From contig OZ024741.1 of the NCBI GenBank assembly GCA_964016885.1, positions 60,450,001-60,514,000 on the forward strand: a stretch of 64,000 nt of DNA, written 5' to 3'. This DNA is from Eledone cirrhosa (taxonomy: Eukaryota). Made by a program: the position numbers and the translations under genes. Positions within the stretch are counted from its first letter, which is position 1. Every line of letters starts with the position of its first letter. The notes beneath the pieces are model-generated. The model saw only the letters and a list, made by a program, of their open reading frames with translations. It was not told the origin of the DNA and did no database searches. This document shows, piece by piece, positions 63,982 through 64,000 of this stretch.

Positions 63982-64000
63982 TATTTAATATTACCCACAT

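Overview
Eukaryotic, very AT-rich, repeat-saturated DNA with no convincing host protein-coding exon. The SINE/LINE repertoire and huge (TA)n/(CA)n tracts suggest an octopod cephalopod (inference). Almost all ORFs in the supplied track are translations of microsatellites. The real content is mobile DNA: many 5'-truncated Penelope-like retroelements (PLEs; RT and GIY-YIG remnants, tandem and inverted pseudo-LTRs) sitting in (TA)n tracts, a Tc1 (DD34E) element, a rosa/mariner-like remnant, CR1-, RTE- and CRE-like LINE remnants, two non-autonomous Helitrons, a MITE, tRNA-derived SINEs (including a triple insertion at one site) and a recent ~1.95 kb triplication. The main hidden signal is a dense population of type I hammerhead ribozyme motifs, about 25-30 copies from more than a dozen distinct sequence families, folded by eye. 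Most have a tiny self-complementary stem III (the dimer-dependent form known from PLEs). Several unrelated families use the compensatory U3:A8 core (TTGANAA). Several sit as mirror-image pairs in 0.3-1.6 kb fold-back elements. Ribozyme activity is not demonstrated here, and element boundaries inside microsatellites are approximate.
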